From contig JBNJNM010000010.1 of NCBI GenBank assembly GCA_052426225.1, positions 248,001-312,000 on the forward strand: 64,000 nt of DNA, written 5' to 3'. Both the position numbers and the translations under genes were made by a program. The notes beneath the pieces were generated by a model that made no database searches, had not been told where the DNA came from, and saw only the letters and a list, made by a program, of their open reading frames with translations. The DNA is from Zancudomyces culisetae HAW-14-8. Taxonomy: Eukaryota > Fungi > Kickxellomycota. Below are positions 25,524 through 38,597 of this stretch, piece after piece. How positions within the stretch are numbered: position 1 is the stretch's first letter; each line of letters starts with the position of its first letter.

Positions 25524-27385
25524 ATGTTTAGAGCAGCTCCACTTCGACCGTTACTAAGATTAGGGACTAGTTATACCAAAGTATGCGATCTTTTGAATTT
25601 ACCTTTGGTATTGGAACGAATTAAAGTTTCAAAACGCATTTCATAAGGAAGAAATATCAAGATTCAATATTTTAATATTTCATACAATAAACTGTAGGTC
25701 CGACTAAATTCGAGCTATCAGAAACCTGCACTCGGAGTAAATCCAGCATACGATGAGGCCCTTAAGGTGATCGATGCTTATCGTTCTAAATTGTTTTCTC
25801 AAATTGAGGATATCAATTCCAAGTTAAAAAACACAAAAACAGGTACTTTTTTTTTTTTAATTTTGTTGATTCAAACATTAATTTGTTGAAGTTCCTTCTT
25901 TCCTACCTTATCTGTTTTAACAGTGTCACTGAAACCTTTTATCAGTAATTTATTTTTATGTTTAATCAACATAATAATAACGAATTTGGAAAAATATAAT
26001 ACGAGTAGAGCAAGAAAAGGCAGATTTGGAGAATGAAAAGATAGAGCTAGAAATCGAGGCAGATAAACAACTTGGTGAAACATTGTACAACTTTAGGACC
26101 GGAAATTGTAAGTATATTTCCGTGTGTGTATTCCTGATTGTTTAGAGAAAACGGTGTATTTTATCAATTATGGCTTTGTTTAAAGCTATCTGTTTTTTTT
26201 TCTTATTTAAAAAATGGGATTAATTTATCATAGATGATCTAAAGAAACCAGTATATCGAAGATTGTTGGAGGAGGAATTCAAGAAAAGACCACTGGAAGT
26301 TATAGTAAGTTTTTCTTTATTGGATGGTTATTATCTGTTCTGTCAACTTTTTCAACTAGATCAATGACCTTAAAACAAAACAAAAACAAAACAAATAAAT
26401 CAACAAATGTACTTATAGATGCAACGTACCTATCAAATGTACGTAATCCCAGATCTTATTGATCCAAAGAAGTTCAAACAAGCGACTACCAGACTGGATA
26501 TTGTGATTGACGGATCCAACGAAGGACCAATAGAGCCAGGAACGAGGGTTGATCCTCAAGCTGTAAGTAGTCTACACTAGCTACAAACATAGCTAAAGGT
26601 AATCTTAATAACTCTGTTAACGATGATGGGAAAATAGATGCGAAAACAACCAAAAGTTCATTTGCAGACATTTTCTGAAACACCCAAAAAATACACAATT
26701 GTAATGGTGGATCCAGATGAGCCAAGTGAAGAACTACGTAGCTATAAACAAAAATGTCACTGGGCAGTGTGCAATGCGACATTTGATATTTACAACAATG
26801 CTCTTTCAGAGTCAAGTGGGGCTCAAGAGTTGGTACCATATGTTCCTCCACATCCAGCGTATGGCTCCAAGACACATCGTTATGTGTATATTGCATTTTT
26901 ACAAGATAATGAACTCACAGCCAGCACTATCGAACAGCTAGGAGCGAGACTCTTAAAATCCGATATCAAAGAAATCGAAGGAATTGATCTCAGAAAGATT
27001 AGTGAGGAGTTTGGGCTGTTACCAGTTGGTGTTTCTTTTTACAGGTCGGAGTGGAATGAGTCGGTAGACAGTGTCTATACAGATATTTTGGGTAAGATTT
27101 ATCATTATTACTACTTATTTTCCTTTGGGCTGATTAAGTTTATTTGTGAAAATTCTTGGATGGACAAAAAAGGTGAAGGGAAAGGGGAGGGGGAGGGACG
27201 GGTATGGAGAAGGAATAAAGATAAGGAGAGTGAGTGGTATACTATGAAAAAAATACTTTAATTATATGATGGTTTGTATTTTTGAATTAATAGGTCAAGA
27301 TTCACCAAGATTCGGCGCTCCTTTGGTACCAAACAAATTCTTAGATCAATATGGAAACAAACTGTCAAGATATGAAAATATTTAA
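25524..27385 (+). CDS. MRPL35: Mitochondrial ribosomal protein mL38 (PEBP family), 7 exons (25524-25580, 25698-25842, 26009-26107, 26234-26304, 26419-26562, 26638-27091, 27294-27385)
   Basis: Presequence-like MFRAAPLRPLLRL, GVNPAYDEAL, DLKKPVYRRL, MQR...VIPDL and the PEBP core MVDPDEP...HW...YVPPHP...HRY. Splice phases are consistent. Confidence 0.88.
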
Positions 27386-27971
27386 AAATGTCTTTGAGTT
27401 GGAAGGTTTTCCATATTATTTTTTATTGAATAATAATACTTAATACTAATATTATACAGTTTTCCATTAAAAGCAAATAATCTTTCAATAAACTACTCGG
27501 TATAAAATATATGCTCGGCCTTGGTTAGTGATGGGACAATAACAGTATACTGACCCCATAAATAAATAGTATTATGCTATTTCATTCATTTTTTATTATT
27601 ATGAGGGGGAGGAGGAGGAGGCGAGGTGATAAAAGTAAACCTTGTGTTATGCAGGTGTGTGTATAGATGTGGTCTAACATAACCAAGGAAAAAACTGTAA
27701 TCCCAAAGGCAGGAGAGGGGAGGGAAGGGGAGGAGAGGAGAGGGGCGATGTGGGGGTAATAAAAATTGGGTTAGTTAGGTCATGATGCATACAACAATAA
27801 CGGATATTTGGTTGCAAAGGTTGTCCCCCCCGCTTGACTATTTTTTTTTCTTTGAATGATTCAAAACTTGTTCTAAGAAAAAAAAAGAAAAAAAAGAAAG
27901 TTGATGAATGTACTCCGATTGAAAAGTGCTATCTACCCTTGTAAAGCTGATGCTTTGTTTTTTGGGAGAGT

Positions 27972-28003
27972 GGGGTGGAGGGTGGAGGGTGGAGGGTGGA
28001 GGG
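27972..28003 (+). repeat. (GGGTGGA)n tandem repeat; canonical G-quadruplex motif
   Basis: ggggtggagggtggagggtggagggtggaggg contains five G3 runs with 4-nt loops. Confidence 0.7.
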
Positions 28004-28318
28004 TATTGTATAAAAAAACAATATGCTTTTTATCCCAGCATCATTGTTTTGTAAATTAGAGTTTAGTATGGAATAAAATGTTTGAAAATTTTTTTTTGTT
28101 AATATTTTTATTGTAATGTCAATTAGTGGAATTATGTGAAAGGAATGGAAAATAGACTTTGTAGTCAACTAGTAGTACCAAAAACCAAAAGCTAAGACTA
28201 AAAAAGCAAAGTTAAATAATAAAAGTAAAGTCAACAGCAAAAAAAAAAGTAGACATTGAGAATAGTAGAGTTAAAAAGAAAATAGCATTTTAGAAAGATA
28301 TAGATAAAACATAAGTAA

Positions 28319-30935
28319 ATGGACCAGCTGAGCAGTAATACTAGTGTTAGAGAAAACCAAGACATTGCAGAACAAACGACGGGAACAGACAAAAAAGTAG
28401 CATCTAATCCAGGTAAATTTGAGCATTTATAAATTATATGAGGTTAGACAAATGAAATGCCAGGATTTAAGCCATGAGGAGAGAAGGAGGGGATGATATA
28501 TTGTACTAATACGGATATTTACTTTACATAAAACAGGATTGGGGAAAAAAGATTCGATTTTCCACAAAAATCCAGAGACAAAGATAGAAGAAAAAGACAA
28601 GTACGAGGAAAATAGTAGAGGAGAAATGTTGGGAGAAGTACAAGTAGACGAGAAACAGGTTTCTAAAAAGAAACAACCAAATTTAAATAACGAAAAAGAG
28701 GATATGAAATCAATAAATACACAGAAATCGACAGAAGAGAAAGCGGAGGGCAAAACGGAGGGCAAAACGGAGGGGAGCAAACAAGAGATGAACTGGCGAA
28801 TAAAAAGGGTGGATAGGAGGGGACGAGGTAAAGAGAGTAAACAGGATAAAGAAGGGACTAATAAAGATGAGAGAAGGGAGGAAAAACTGGTAAAAGGGCG
28901 GGTGGTGGTGGAAATCACAAATAAACCAAACGGAGTTATAGAGGAAAGGGTGGAAACAAAAGAAATTAAAGTAGAAGGAGGGGGGGTAGAGATAGACACG
29001 AGGACAAGGAAAATGTACACAAGAGGAGAGTATTATGGAAGCAATGAACGGGGAAGGGGAGGGGGGATAGGGAGGGGAGTAGGGAGAGGGAGAGGACAAG
29101 GAAGAGGTATGGGAAGAGGAAGGAGAGGGGGAATTGGGTATAGGATGGCCGTACACGAAACCATGAGCGTAACAGAGGAAAAGTCGATAAAGAAGAAGGA
29201 GGAGGAGGAGGAGGAGGAGGAAGGAGAAGAGGGTAGTCATAATGGCGATCGTAGCTATCAAGTTAAAAAGGTTGAGGATGAAAAAAAAGAAAAAGAGGAA
29301 AATTTAGTTCAAGAAGTGACTACAACTGAGCTTGATGTAAAGAAAGAAACAGAAAATCACGGAAAAGAAGAGAGTGAAAGCAAAACGGACATAGAGAGAG
29401 ATGCAGATGGAAGTGGAAGTAGAGGTAGAGGTAGAGGCGGAAGTAGAGGCGGAAGTAGGGGTAGGGGCAGAATTGATCGAGGTGGTAGTAGTGGTGGTGG
29501 TCGGGCTAGAGGTAGAGGTAGAAGTAGAAGTATGAGTATAGGAGGAAATATGAATATGAATATGAATATGAATAGCAATGGGGGAATGGGTATGGATATG
29601 GATATGGAGATGAGAAGAGATAGGGGAAGAGGAAGAGTCATAGGAATAGGAAGAGGGAGAGGAAGGGGGAGAGGAAGAGGAAGAGGAGTAGAGATGGATA
29701 CAGCTGTAGAAATGTATTTAGAAAGGGAAACAGAGGCAAATAAAGAAGGAATGGGATTAGTAAATGAGCCACAAGAAAAAGTAAATGAACGCAAGACTGA
29801 AGTGCAACAAGAGAAGAGTGTGGATACTGTACAAGATGAGCAAAAGTATAAGGGTAAAGAAAAACAAGAGGCAAAAGTTGAAAATGGTGTTGAAGATGTA
29901 GCTGGAGTTGGGGTTGGGGTTGGGGTTGAAAGTAGGATAGAACCAAAAGAAAACAAGGCTAGCACAAGTGAAGTGGAAAGGAGTAGTGTGGCGAGTAAAA
30001 ATAATAGAAGAGGAAGAGAACAGCAAGAGAAAACAGGTGGATTTGATCAGATGCAATATTATAACAATATGGCATATGTATACTACGCACCACCAATTCC
30101 ACAACATATCAACAGTAACGAATATAGTAATATTGAGGGAGGGATTAGGAGTAAGGGAGGTAATAAAAATAGGGAGAAGCAGGAGCAGGAGCAGGAACAG
30201 GAACAGGAGCATGAGCAGGAGCATGAGCAGCAAGGATATTACTACCAGCCTTACTATTATTATAGTCAATTACCACAGCCGATTCCAGGAGGCCAGCAGC
30301 CTAACCAACAACATATTCCTACAATGATTCCAGTGCATGTTCTGCCGTATCCACCTGCTATAGTTCAGCCTCAGAGTGAGAGTGGTTTGGAGGCAGGTAA
30401 AAACGTTACCAGACAAAACCAACAAAATAAGGATAATAATGACAGTAATGATGGTACCAAATTGGCGTTGAGTCAACAACAACAACAGCAACAACAACAA
30501 CAGCCATATATTGCCTACTATCCATATCCATATTCACATCCGCATCCGCATCCACATCCACATCTAAATATGCATCCATACTCATATCCATATCCACAAC
30601 CACATCCGCATCCGTACTCATACCCATACACCAACGCATATCCGCATCAGCCACATCCACATCCACATCAGCCACATGCCTATTCCCAATCTCAATCTCA
30701 ACCACAATCTCAACCACAACCACAACCACAACCTGGGCAGTACCAGCAGTACCAGCAATACCAATCTTACCAACCACGTCCCAATTATAAACCACATGGA
30801 TTTGTACCACCACCACAACCACCACAACCATCAGCATCATCACAGCCATCATCAATGTCACCTTTACCTCCACAACAAGCCCAGCCACCAGCACTTGGTA
30901 ATAAACATAGCAAACCGAGAAGAAAAAGAGAATAG
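28319..30935 (+). CDS. Low-complexity protein with RGG/RG boxes, acidic tracts and a Q/P/H/Y-rich prion-like C-terminus; 2 exons (28319-28412, 28537-30935)
   Basis: The ATG exon MDQLSSNTS... splices in phase into the 798-codon ORF. Three GR/RGG clusters, (MN)n, (QE)n, (HP)n and (QP)n repeats. No folded domain recognised. Confidence 0.75.
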
Positions 30936-30979
30936 TTTTAATTATAATTTTTAGTAGTAAAAAATAAAAATTATAATAA

Positions 30980-31030
30980 AGTATGGTATAGTATAGCATA
31001 GCATAGTATAGTGTGGTATAATATAGCATT
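30980..31030. repeat. Degenerate pentamer repeat (GTATA/GCATA)n between convergent 3' ends
   Basis: gtatggtatagtatagcatagcatagtatagtgtggtataatatagcat. Confidence 0.7.
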
Positions 31031-31144
31031 AAAAGTTAAATGGGGGTATATGTATATAACCAACAAAGAATGAGTAGCAAAAGAGAGAGAAAAAGAAAAA
31101 GAAACTAGCTAACTAACTAACTAGTCAATTAATTAATTAATTAA

Positions 31145-33184
31145 TTAATCGTCAATTTTGCGACCATAACCAAGAACCATTTCATGTAGACCTTTGCCAG
31201 CAGGAGCCATTGGGTAGACATGTTCGGTAGGATCACAAACAACTTCTAGTAAGACAGGACCTTCTTCTTCCAGGAACTCCTTCATTGCGGCAGGCAAATT
31301 CCTTCGGCAATCAACACGCAGACCTCTAAAGTCCATAGATTCAGCCAGCTTGACAAAGTCAGGATTCTTCATGCCAGTATGAGAGTGGCGCTTATCGTAA
31401 AACAGATCTTGCCATTGTCGTACCATACCTTGGAAGTTGTTGTTGAGAAGCAACATTTTGACGGGGATGTTGAATTGCGAGGCAGTGGCCATTTCCATTG
31501 CAGTCATTGAGAATGAGCCATCTCCATCGACGTTAATAACCATCTTATCGGGGGCACCGACTTTTGCTCCAATTGCTGCAGGTACTCCGTATCCCATAGT
31601 TCCAAGTCCACCTGATGTAACAAATGTGCGTGGGTAGCGCCACCGGTAGTACTGGGCAGCGTACATTTGATGTTGTCCAACACCAGTAGATATAATGACT
31701 TCGTGTTTGCGGTCGGCCAGTTGTCGGTCCATTTCTAGAATTGCGGATTGTGGCTTGAGAATAGAATCTGGTGTCTTTTCGTGTTCATAGTAGAATGGAT
31801 ACTTGCTCTTCCACATTTGTACAAGTGATAGCCACTCTGTATGTTTTGCTGGCTGGATAAGCGGCATCATCAGTGCTAGGTTTTGTGCTACATCTCCTTC
31901 AATTGCCACATCGGATTTGATAACCTTGTTGATGTTTTTAGGCAAAATGTCAAAGTGGACAATACCTCCTGCTCCGTTGCGTGATGCCTCTCGTGCTGCT
32001 GGTGCAAAGTGTGGAACGCTACCTGTTACACGATCATCAAATCGTGCTCCTAATGCAAGAACCAAATCTGCCCGTTGGATTGCCAAATTTGCATATGCTG
32101 ATCCGTGCATACCCAACATGTGCAGTGACTTTGGATCGGTTTCATCAAATGCTCCAAGTCCCATAAGCGTCGTTGTAACTGGAATGTCACACATGTCTGC
32201 CAACTGCTTTAAAAGCACTGGTCCCTGTGGATCGGCCAAAATTCCTTGTCCTGCATATATTATTGGTCGCTTGGCCTTGTTAATCAGCTCGGCTGCCTTT
32301 TCAAGACTTCGTTGTTTTGCGCTATAAAAGCTCTCATCCTTGCGGATTGTCGGAATGTTCAGTCTCTTGGAATGTGGCTCTAGTTTCTTCAAAATACCAC
32401 CGGTAACATCCTTAGGCAAATCTACAAGTACTGGTCCTGGTCGCCCTGTGGTGGCGATGTAAAACGCTTCGTTGATCCTTCGTGGCAATTCTGAAACATC
32501 CTTGACCATCACATTCCATTTAGTACACGATCGTGAAATTCCTACAACATCGGCTTCTTGGAATGCGTCTGTGCCAATGGCTTGTGTTGTGACTTGTCCT
32601 GTGAATACAACCATTGGTACTCCGTCTGATAGTGCATCTTGCATTGGTGTAATGACGTTTGTAGCCCCTGGGCCTGATGTTACAACCACAACTCCTGGCT
32701 TTCCTGTTACTCTAGCATATCCTTCTGCCATATGCCCTCCTCCCTGCTCGTGTCTGGGGAGTATAAAGTTAAAGTGTTCAGAATTGTATATAGCATCATA
32801 TACCGGAAGGATTGCTCCTCCTGGGTATCCAAAGACTACCTCAACTCCATTCCTTAACATCATTTCGTGGAATATCTGTCCTCCTGTCATCCCTATAAAC
32901 TTGCTGTCATCATACTCTATCTCGCTCTTTATTCCACTGGATGCTATGGTGTTTCCTGGTTGAAACACTGCTCCATTTCCTTCTTGTGTTGTACTGCTTT
33001 TGATTGCTGCTTGACTCATAGGCCTGGCAGAGTATGCTGCTGGCTTTGATGTCTTTGTTATTGTTGGTGTCCTTGGCTTGTTATTGTACCACCTCCTCCT
33101 TCCAAACGCAGCCATTGTGTTTGCACACTTATTGCCACCGTTATTTCGTAGCCCTAGTGCTGTTCTTGTTATTATTCCTGTCAT
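31145..33184 (-). CDS. ILV2: Acetolactate synthase (AHAS) catalytic subunit, mitochondrial
   Basis: FGYPGGAILP, RHEQGGGHMAEGYAR, MLGMHG, RFDDRVTG, the ThDP motif GDGSFSM...NN and GMVRQWQ. N-terminal presequence; intronless. Confidence 0.98.
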   Translation of the reverse strand: MTGIITRTALGLRNNGGNKCANTMAAFGRRRWYNNKPRTPTITKTSKPAAYSARPMSQAAIKSSTTQEGNGAVFQPGNTIASSGIKSEIEYDDSKFIGMTGGQIFHEMMLRNGVEVVFGYPGGAILPVYDAIYNSEHFNFILPRHEQGGGHMAEGYARVTGKPGVVVVTSGPGATNVITPMQDALSDGVPMVVFTGQVTTQAIGTDAFQEADVVGISRSCTKWNVMVKDVSELPRRINEAFYIATTGRPGPVLVDLPKDVTGGILKKLEPHSKRLNIPTIRKDESFYSAKQRSLEKAAELINKAKRPIIYAGQGILADPQGPVLLKQLADMCDIPVTTTLMGLGAFDETDPKSLHMLGMHGSAYANLAIQRADLVLALGARFDDRVTGSVPHFAPAAREASRNGAGGIVHFDILPKNINKVIKSDVAIEGDVAQNLALMMPLIQPAKHTEWLSLVQMWKSKYPFYYEHEKTPDSILKPQSAILEMDRQLADRKHEVIISTGVGQHQMYAAQYYRWRYPRTFVTSGGLGTMGYGVPAAIGAKVGAPDKMVINVDGDGSFSMTAMEMATASQFNIPVKMLLLNNNFQGMVRQWQDLFYDKRHSHTGMKNPDFVKLAESMDFRGLRVDCRRNLPAAMKEFLEEEGPVLLEVVCDPTEHVYPMAPAGKGLHEMVLGYGRKIDD

Positions 33185-36100
33185 TTTTATCTCTTTCTCT
33201 TTTTCTTATTTCGTTTCCCCCCAGTCTTCTGCTAATCTACCTTATAGTTGGTTGTTAAAACTCTATATATCCCAAACTTTTAAAGCAAATTTGCAAATTC
33301 AGCTATTTGCCTTTCTTTTTTTTTTTGCTTCCCACTTGTTACCTTTTATTATTCTTTATAAATAATAATTTGGTACTTGTCTTTGTGAAAGTTGTTTACT
33401 GAGACTTTATGTAACAAATTAGTACCGATAAAAAAAAAAGTTCCTCTTTTAAATCTTTGTTATTTTGTATTTCACCAAATTTGCAATCTTATTTACTTAT
33501 TGGCTGTAATCAATGATAAAGCTAAAAAAAAAAATAATAAAATTTTTTTTGTAATTTATTGTATTCTTTTTTTCTACTCTACTTTTTTGTAAGCTCGGTT
33601 TTTGTAATTACAAATTAGCCAGCGATTCAAGGTCGGTTTAAATATATTTCCCGATGTGATTTTTGAATTTATCCAAGGCCAACTTGTGTGAGTACATGAG
33701 ATTTGATTTGCCCAATATTATATTTCATTATTTATTATCATTATTAATAGTATTATTTTATTACAAACAGTTTTACTTTAGTTTGGCAGCACTTGGAAAC
33801 TCGCAATAGCTGGTCATTTTGACTTGGATTTCCAAATGTTTACCCGCTGATCTTTGTCACTAACTTTTTTCTGTTAACATCGCATTGTTAATTTTTATCC
33901 ATCCTGATTATGCTCATTCAATTTTCTTTGTAATCTCCCCTTCATTCATTCATTCACTCCTTCCTTCCTTCCTACCCCACGTATTTTCCTTTTGTCTAAT
34001 GTGAAAATAACAGTCACCAAGACCTTAAAAATTATTAACATCAAAAAATGCAAAAAAAAAATTTTTCCACTAAATCCTATTACCTTTTTCGCTTCTCCCT
34101 TTCTCTTTTCCCCTTCCTTTCCTTGCCCCCCCCCCTCCCCTGTTTTAGATTTTATTTTTAATCCGTCATTTGGCCACCATAAAATACCAATAATCAACCA
34201 ATGCAACGATTAAATATCGCTGCCATTTTCCATCACACAAAAACCTAAACACATCCGCCATTTTCCGCTACTCACTAAATATCGCGTACCTCTACCAATT
34301 GTCATAATATGTGAGCACTCTCTCCCTCCCAAAAAAACCACTTTCACCCACCATCATCATCACCATTGTCACCATCATCCTCCTCAAACCTCTCACCAAA
34401 CACTCTTGTAATAGCTTCATCCAACTAATCAAAGCTAGTCCCATTACCTTATCAAGCCTTAAAAAAAATTTTTTTCTTCAAATATTTTTGCCTTTATTTC
34501 GTGCACCTGAAAAAAGAAAAAAAAGACCCAAGATTTAATTTAATGCACATACCCACTCATTACACAAATCCTCAACTTTCTCATCCATCTTTACGTCTAT
34601 CCTCATCCTCATCCTCATCCTCTCTTCTTTTATCGTTTGCTTTCCTTTGTCTACTTTTCTTAGTATCACATTCTCCCCGTCATCTTTCTCATTATTTCTC
34701 TCCCCTATCCTCCCTCCTCCAGTGCACTTTTTTTTAATAACTATCTGATTCTGATAATCTGTCCAACACAAACCTCATCAATAACACCACACGTGCCTCC
34801 TCGTTTTTTTTTTGTCCGGTAATTTTTTTTTCATATTTACCATTTAATTTTATTTGTCTTTACGATGTGTTATTTACTGCCCTATAGCCTTTTTATCATG
34901 TTTGGTTTTATTAACGAAAACCAAATATTTAGCCAATAATTTATTGCTTACATTTTTTTCCCATCTGCAAATTAAAATACTGATTTAATTGTAATCGCTA
35001 TCAAACCTAAAACACAAAGTGTAAAATAAAAATAACGCAAAAAATATTAAATTGTTCATGCAAAAGAACATTTGGGTAATCCGTCACTTTGACACAATTC
35101 CTTCCATTCAAAATAATCCCAGCAATAAAATAAAATTGTAAAATAAAGGCTTTAAAACCATTTGCAGTTTTTGGAAAAGTGTTATTTATCGCTGTTATTA
35201 CCCAGAGACTAAAACTTGCTTATTGGTATGATTAATGCGAGATTTATCTAATCGACCATAATCCCATTAGTTTCGGTTTTCTTTTATTTTCAAGGCAGTT
35301 TTTGTGTTATCTTTGAATACTGCTCTTTTGTTGGCTAAAATACTTTCGACATACTTTGCCAACTTTTCTTGAAAAAAAAGAAAAAAACTAGGAAATATGC
35401 TTAGTGAACAGTTCGTTTTTTTTTTAAAGAAAAATTTGAAGTAATGGCAATATGACATACAAGCCTCTTACATTACATAGCAAGCTAATGCACACACACA
35501 AAAATGTATATGCATGTACACATGTGCAAATATGTTGTTGTTTATGTTTATGTTTATGTCAGTGCACTCGTGTATTTTATATGGCTTTAGCCTAGTTGCG
35601 TTCAAATACAAACGATTCCTCAAGAAGAAAAAAACGCACAGACTCTCAAATATCATTAATATTTCAAGCAATAAATTCAAATGTGCATATACTACAACTC
35701 AATATCTACTTTCTATAACAACAAAAAAAGAAAACATACTGAATTGAACAACATTATTGATAATTTTATAATACATAGTAAACCTATCTCCATCTATTAG
35801 TATTTTACATCAGCACACCATTCCATTTACCACACACCACCACCCCTTTATTCATTAAAATTAATCGAGTGTTCATAAATTTCAGGAAATTGCAACCTCT
35901 ATTACACAAATGCCAGTATATCCCTCCCCACATTTTGTTGATGCCTAATAAAATAAATGCATGTATCTTCTATAAATGTCTTTTTATCAGATAACATCAA
36001 GTATAGCCCACAAATTCCTAGCTTCTAATTTGTATTAAAGTATTCACTCAAGTATCCCCCCCCCCCCCCCAGTTTTACCGCAATAACATTAGCAATCTAT

Positions 36101-37090
36101 CTGATTTTTTTTGGCATTGAAAAGTAAATACAAATATAGATATATATTCATGCTTCAGTGTAACACTAAGGCTACAAGCAGTTAAGATGTTGTGGCTTTG
36201 ATTCATACTCCCATGCTACCGATGGATATATCCATTCTTATATCCAAGAAAATAAAAACAGTTGTATCACAATTATTCATACTATACGCCACATTTCTCT
36301 CCCTTCTTGACCCATCTTCTCTCCCTACTCGCAGTTTCCGAACCAGCTCTGAGTGGACTGCACACTGCTTGTTTTTTGTCATCTTTTAATTCCCAAGCCT
36401 TTGAGCATCTTTTAATCAGCATTAAACTATCACATGGGGCGATTTTCACGCATCAGTCGTGATTTTTATTCTTTATATTCCTCGTTACCCTCCTATATGA
36501 TATATGACCAAATATAATTTTTTATTTGATGATATAGCCAAATACATGTAAAAATCACATTTGCGTAAACTCCAAATCCTCTTTACAAAGTTTCATGTGC
36601 AAGAAAAAAAAATTATTTTATTTTCTAGAACAAAGCCATAGCGTAAATGTTAGTACATCAATCCGTTATTTCCCTCCCAACTCCAGGAATATTGAAAAAC
36701 TTGAACATTTAGTTGAACACAAGTACTTTATTCACATTCTAGCTTGAAAGGCCAACAAATAAAGTCAATCAAAGGATTATCAATGCCCTTAAAAATGCCG
36801 CTTCTTTTTTGTTTATTTTTTTTTTTTAGCGCCCCCAAACTTTCATGACAAATGCTGCCTCCATATCTTACCAATATCATTCACTTTTATGCAGAGGAGT
36901 TTCCTTTATTTTCTTTCGTACCTCCGGCTAGTCAAACAAAAGAAAAAGCCAAGAAAGGCAGCCACTTTTTACTTCAAAAAACAATCTAAACAACAGAAAC
37001 AAAGAGCTATATAAACACCAATATATACTCGGGGGGAAAAACAAATCAAAGGTGGCGAACAAAATACCGGTACCAACATTCAAATCACTG

Positions 37091-37810
37091 ATGGCCAAAA
37101 GATTCGGGATTTCGTCAACATTCTTCCTCCTTGGTGCGGGGATGAGTTACATACTCTCACAAAGGAAGCTGAGCGCGACCCGAACGGATTCCGCAAAATT
37201 TGGACAGGAGCTACTCGTAGAAGAAAACAAAAATGAAGAACCAAAAAAGACACTAGAGAGCATGAGAAATGAGGTTTCAAATGTAAGTATAGTTAAAGAG
37301 CTGAGGGAAAAATCCGAAATTTGGCGTGAAGTGCTATTGAGCCACGGATTGGATGAAAATAGAGTTCGCCAGAGCTTTTTACACGATACTTTTAACCAGC
37401 CCGATCATTTGCTGTTGCCCCCAACAATGTTTGTCAAAGATGACAAAACAGAATGCATATACATATTCTATATTGGCAAAAAACTGTGTGGCCACCCTGG
37501 AATTACCCATGGTGGTGTCCAGGCGATGCTCTACGATGAAGCTATGGCCAGACCTGCGCTCCTAAATCTTCCACGCAACACCGGTATGACAGCATATCTA
37601 AATATAACTTACAAGGCACCGGCGCTTGTTAATCAAATTTTGATTTTGAAAGCCAAGCTCACTGAGTTGAATGGAAGGAAGGCGTTCGTTTCTGCACAAA
37701 TCGAGAATGCTGAGGGTTTGGTGTTGAGTACAGCTGAATCACTATTTATCTCACCAAAGAATTTAGAGTTGGTTGAGGATAACACAAACAGATTCAAAGA
37801 ATTTAACTAG
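37091..37810 (+). CDS. Hotdog-fold (PaaI/THEM4-like) acyl-CoA thioesterase, probably mitochondrial
   Basis: LCGHPGITHGGVQAMLYDEAM and TAYLNITYKAP. The first in-frame ATG is 37091, but the frame is open back to 36932, so the true start is uncertain. Confidence 0.88.
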   Translation: MAKRFGISSTFFLLGAGMSYILSQRKLSATRTDSAKFGQELLVEENKNEEPKKTLESMRNEVSNVSIVKELREKSEIWREVLLSHGLDENRVRQSFLHDTFNQPDHLLLPPTMFVKDDKTECIYIFYIGKKLCGHPGITHGGVQAMLYDEAMARPALLNLPRNTGMTAYLNITYKAPALVNQILILKAKLTELNGRKAFVSAQIENAEGLVLSTAESLFISPKNLELVEDNTNRFKEFN

Positions 37811-38597
37811 TTTCCACTCGGATTAATAAACATCTTTTTGTTCCAATAGTATTTATTATTTTTACTCTTAGTATATGGTCCTGACTTGTAGTGGAATAAC
37901 GAATTGAAAATGTTGTGCTTCATCCATCCTTGTCGAGATATCTATTTGGATTGTATCTCTACTTTTTTTAAAGCCATTGACGCAATTGAAAATAAAATCA
38001 AAGCTCACATGGGAGCATTATATTGATACCAGCATACTTATGCAGTGCCATTAGCAAATTTACACTATCAGATGCTTGTGCTTATATACCATTAATATGT
38101 GAAAGTGGGAAATGTGGGCATAAGAAGGTATAAAGTTAAAACAGAAAAGCAAATTAACAAACATCAATCCCAAGGACAAGTACAAGGCCAGGCTGCATCA
38201 TCAGTTAGTTAGTTGATTGTTGGTTCCATCTATTCGCACGGCCATTTTCCTCGATTTTAGTTTTCCAAATTGAAAAATAAGTGAATTTCGGTTCTCCTTT
38301 CTACGAAAACCATTGGAAAAACCAATTTCCCTAAATTGTTATATTATTCATGGTTCGTATCAACGAATTTTTATTCGTATTTAGGTTAATCACAGTTGTA
38401 ATGACACTTCTACACATCAGAACATCAACACATAAGACTCGCTGAATTTTCAAACAGCTTTGCTGAAAAAAATACAGGGGAATTGTTGGAGAAAATTTTT
38501 TTGAAAGGCGAATCTTATATAATTAAAGGACCACCTTGTGTTAAGCAAAATAAGAGAGGAGCAAGCTTTAAGTTTAATATCACTACATAGAATCAGA

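Noticed and set aside
29010-29060. MYTRGEYYGSNER as a possible CASC3/Barentsz (Btz) motif
   Set aside because: It lacks the F.HD.R core and the second W.HD motif; the similarity is too weak.
33200-36900. Many 60-90 aa ORFs and a C15 run (36056-36070) in the ILV2-thioesterase spacer
   Set aside because: Homopolymer-rich promoter-type DNA with no coherent exon chain, terminal repeats or transposase remnants.
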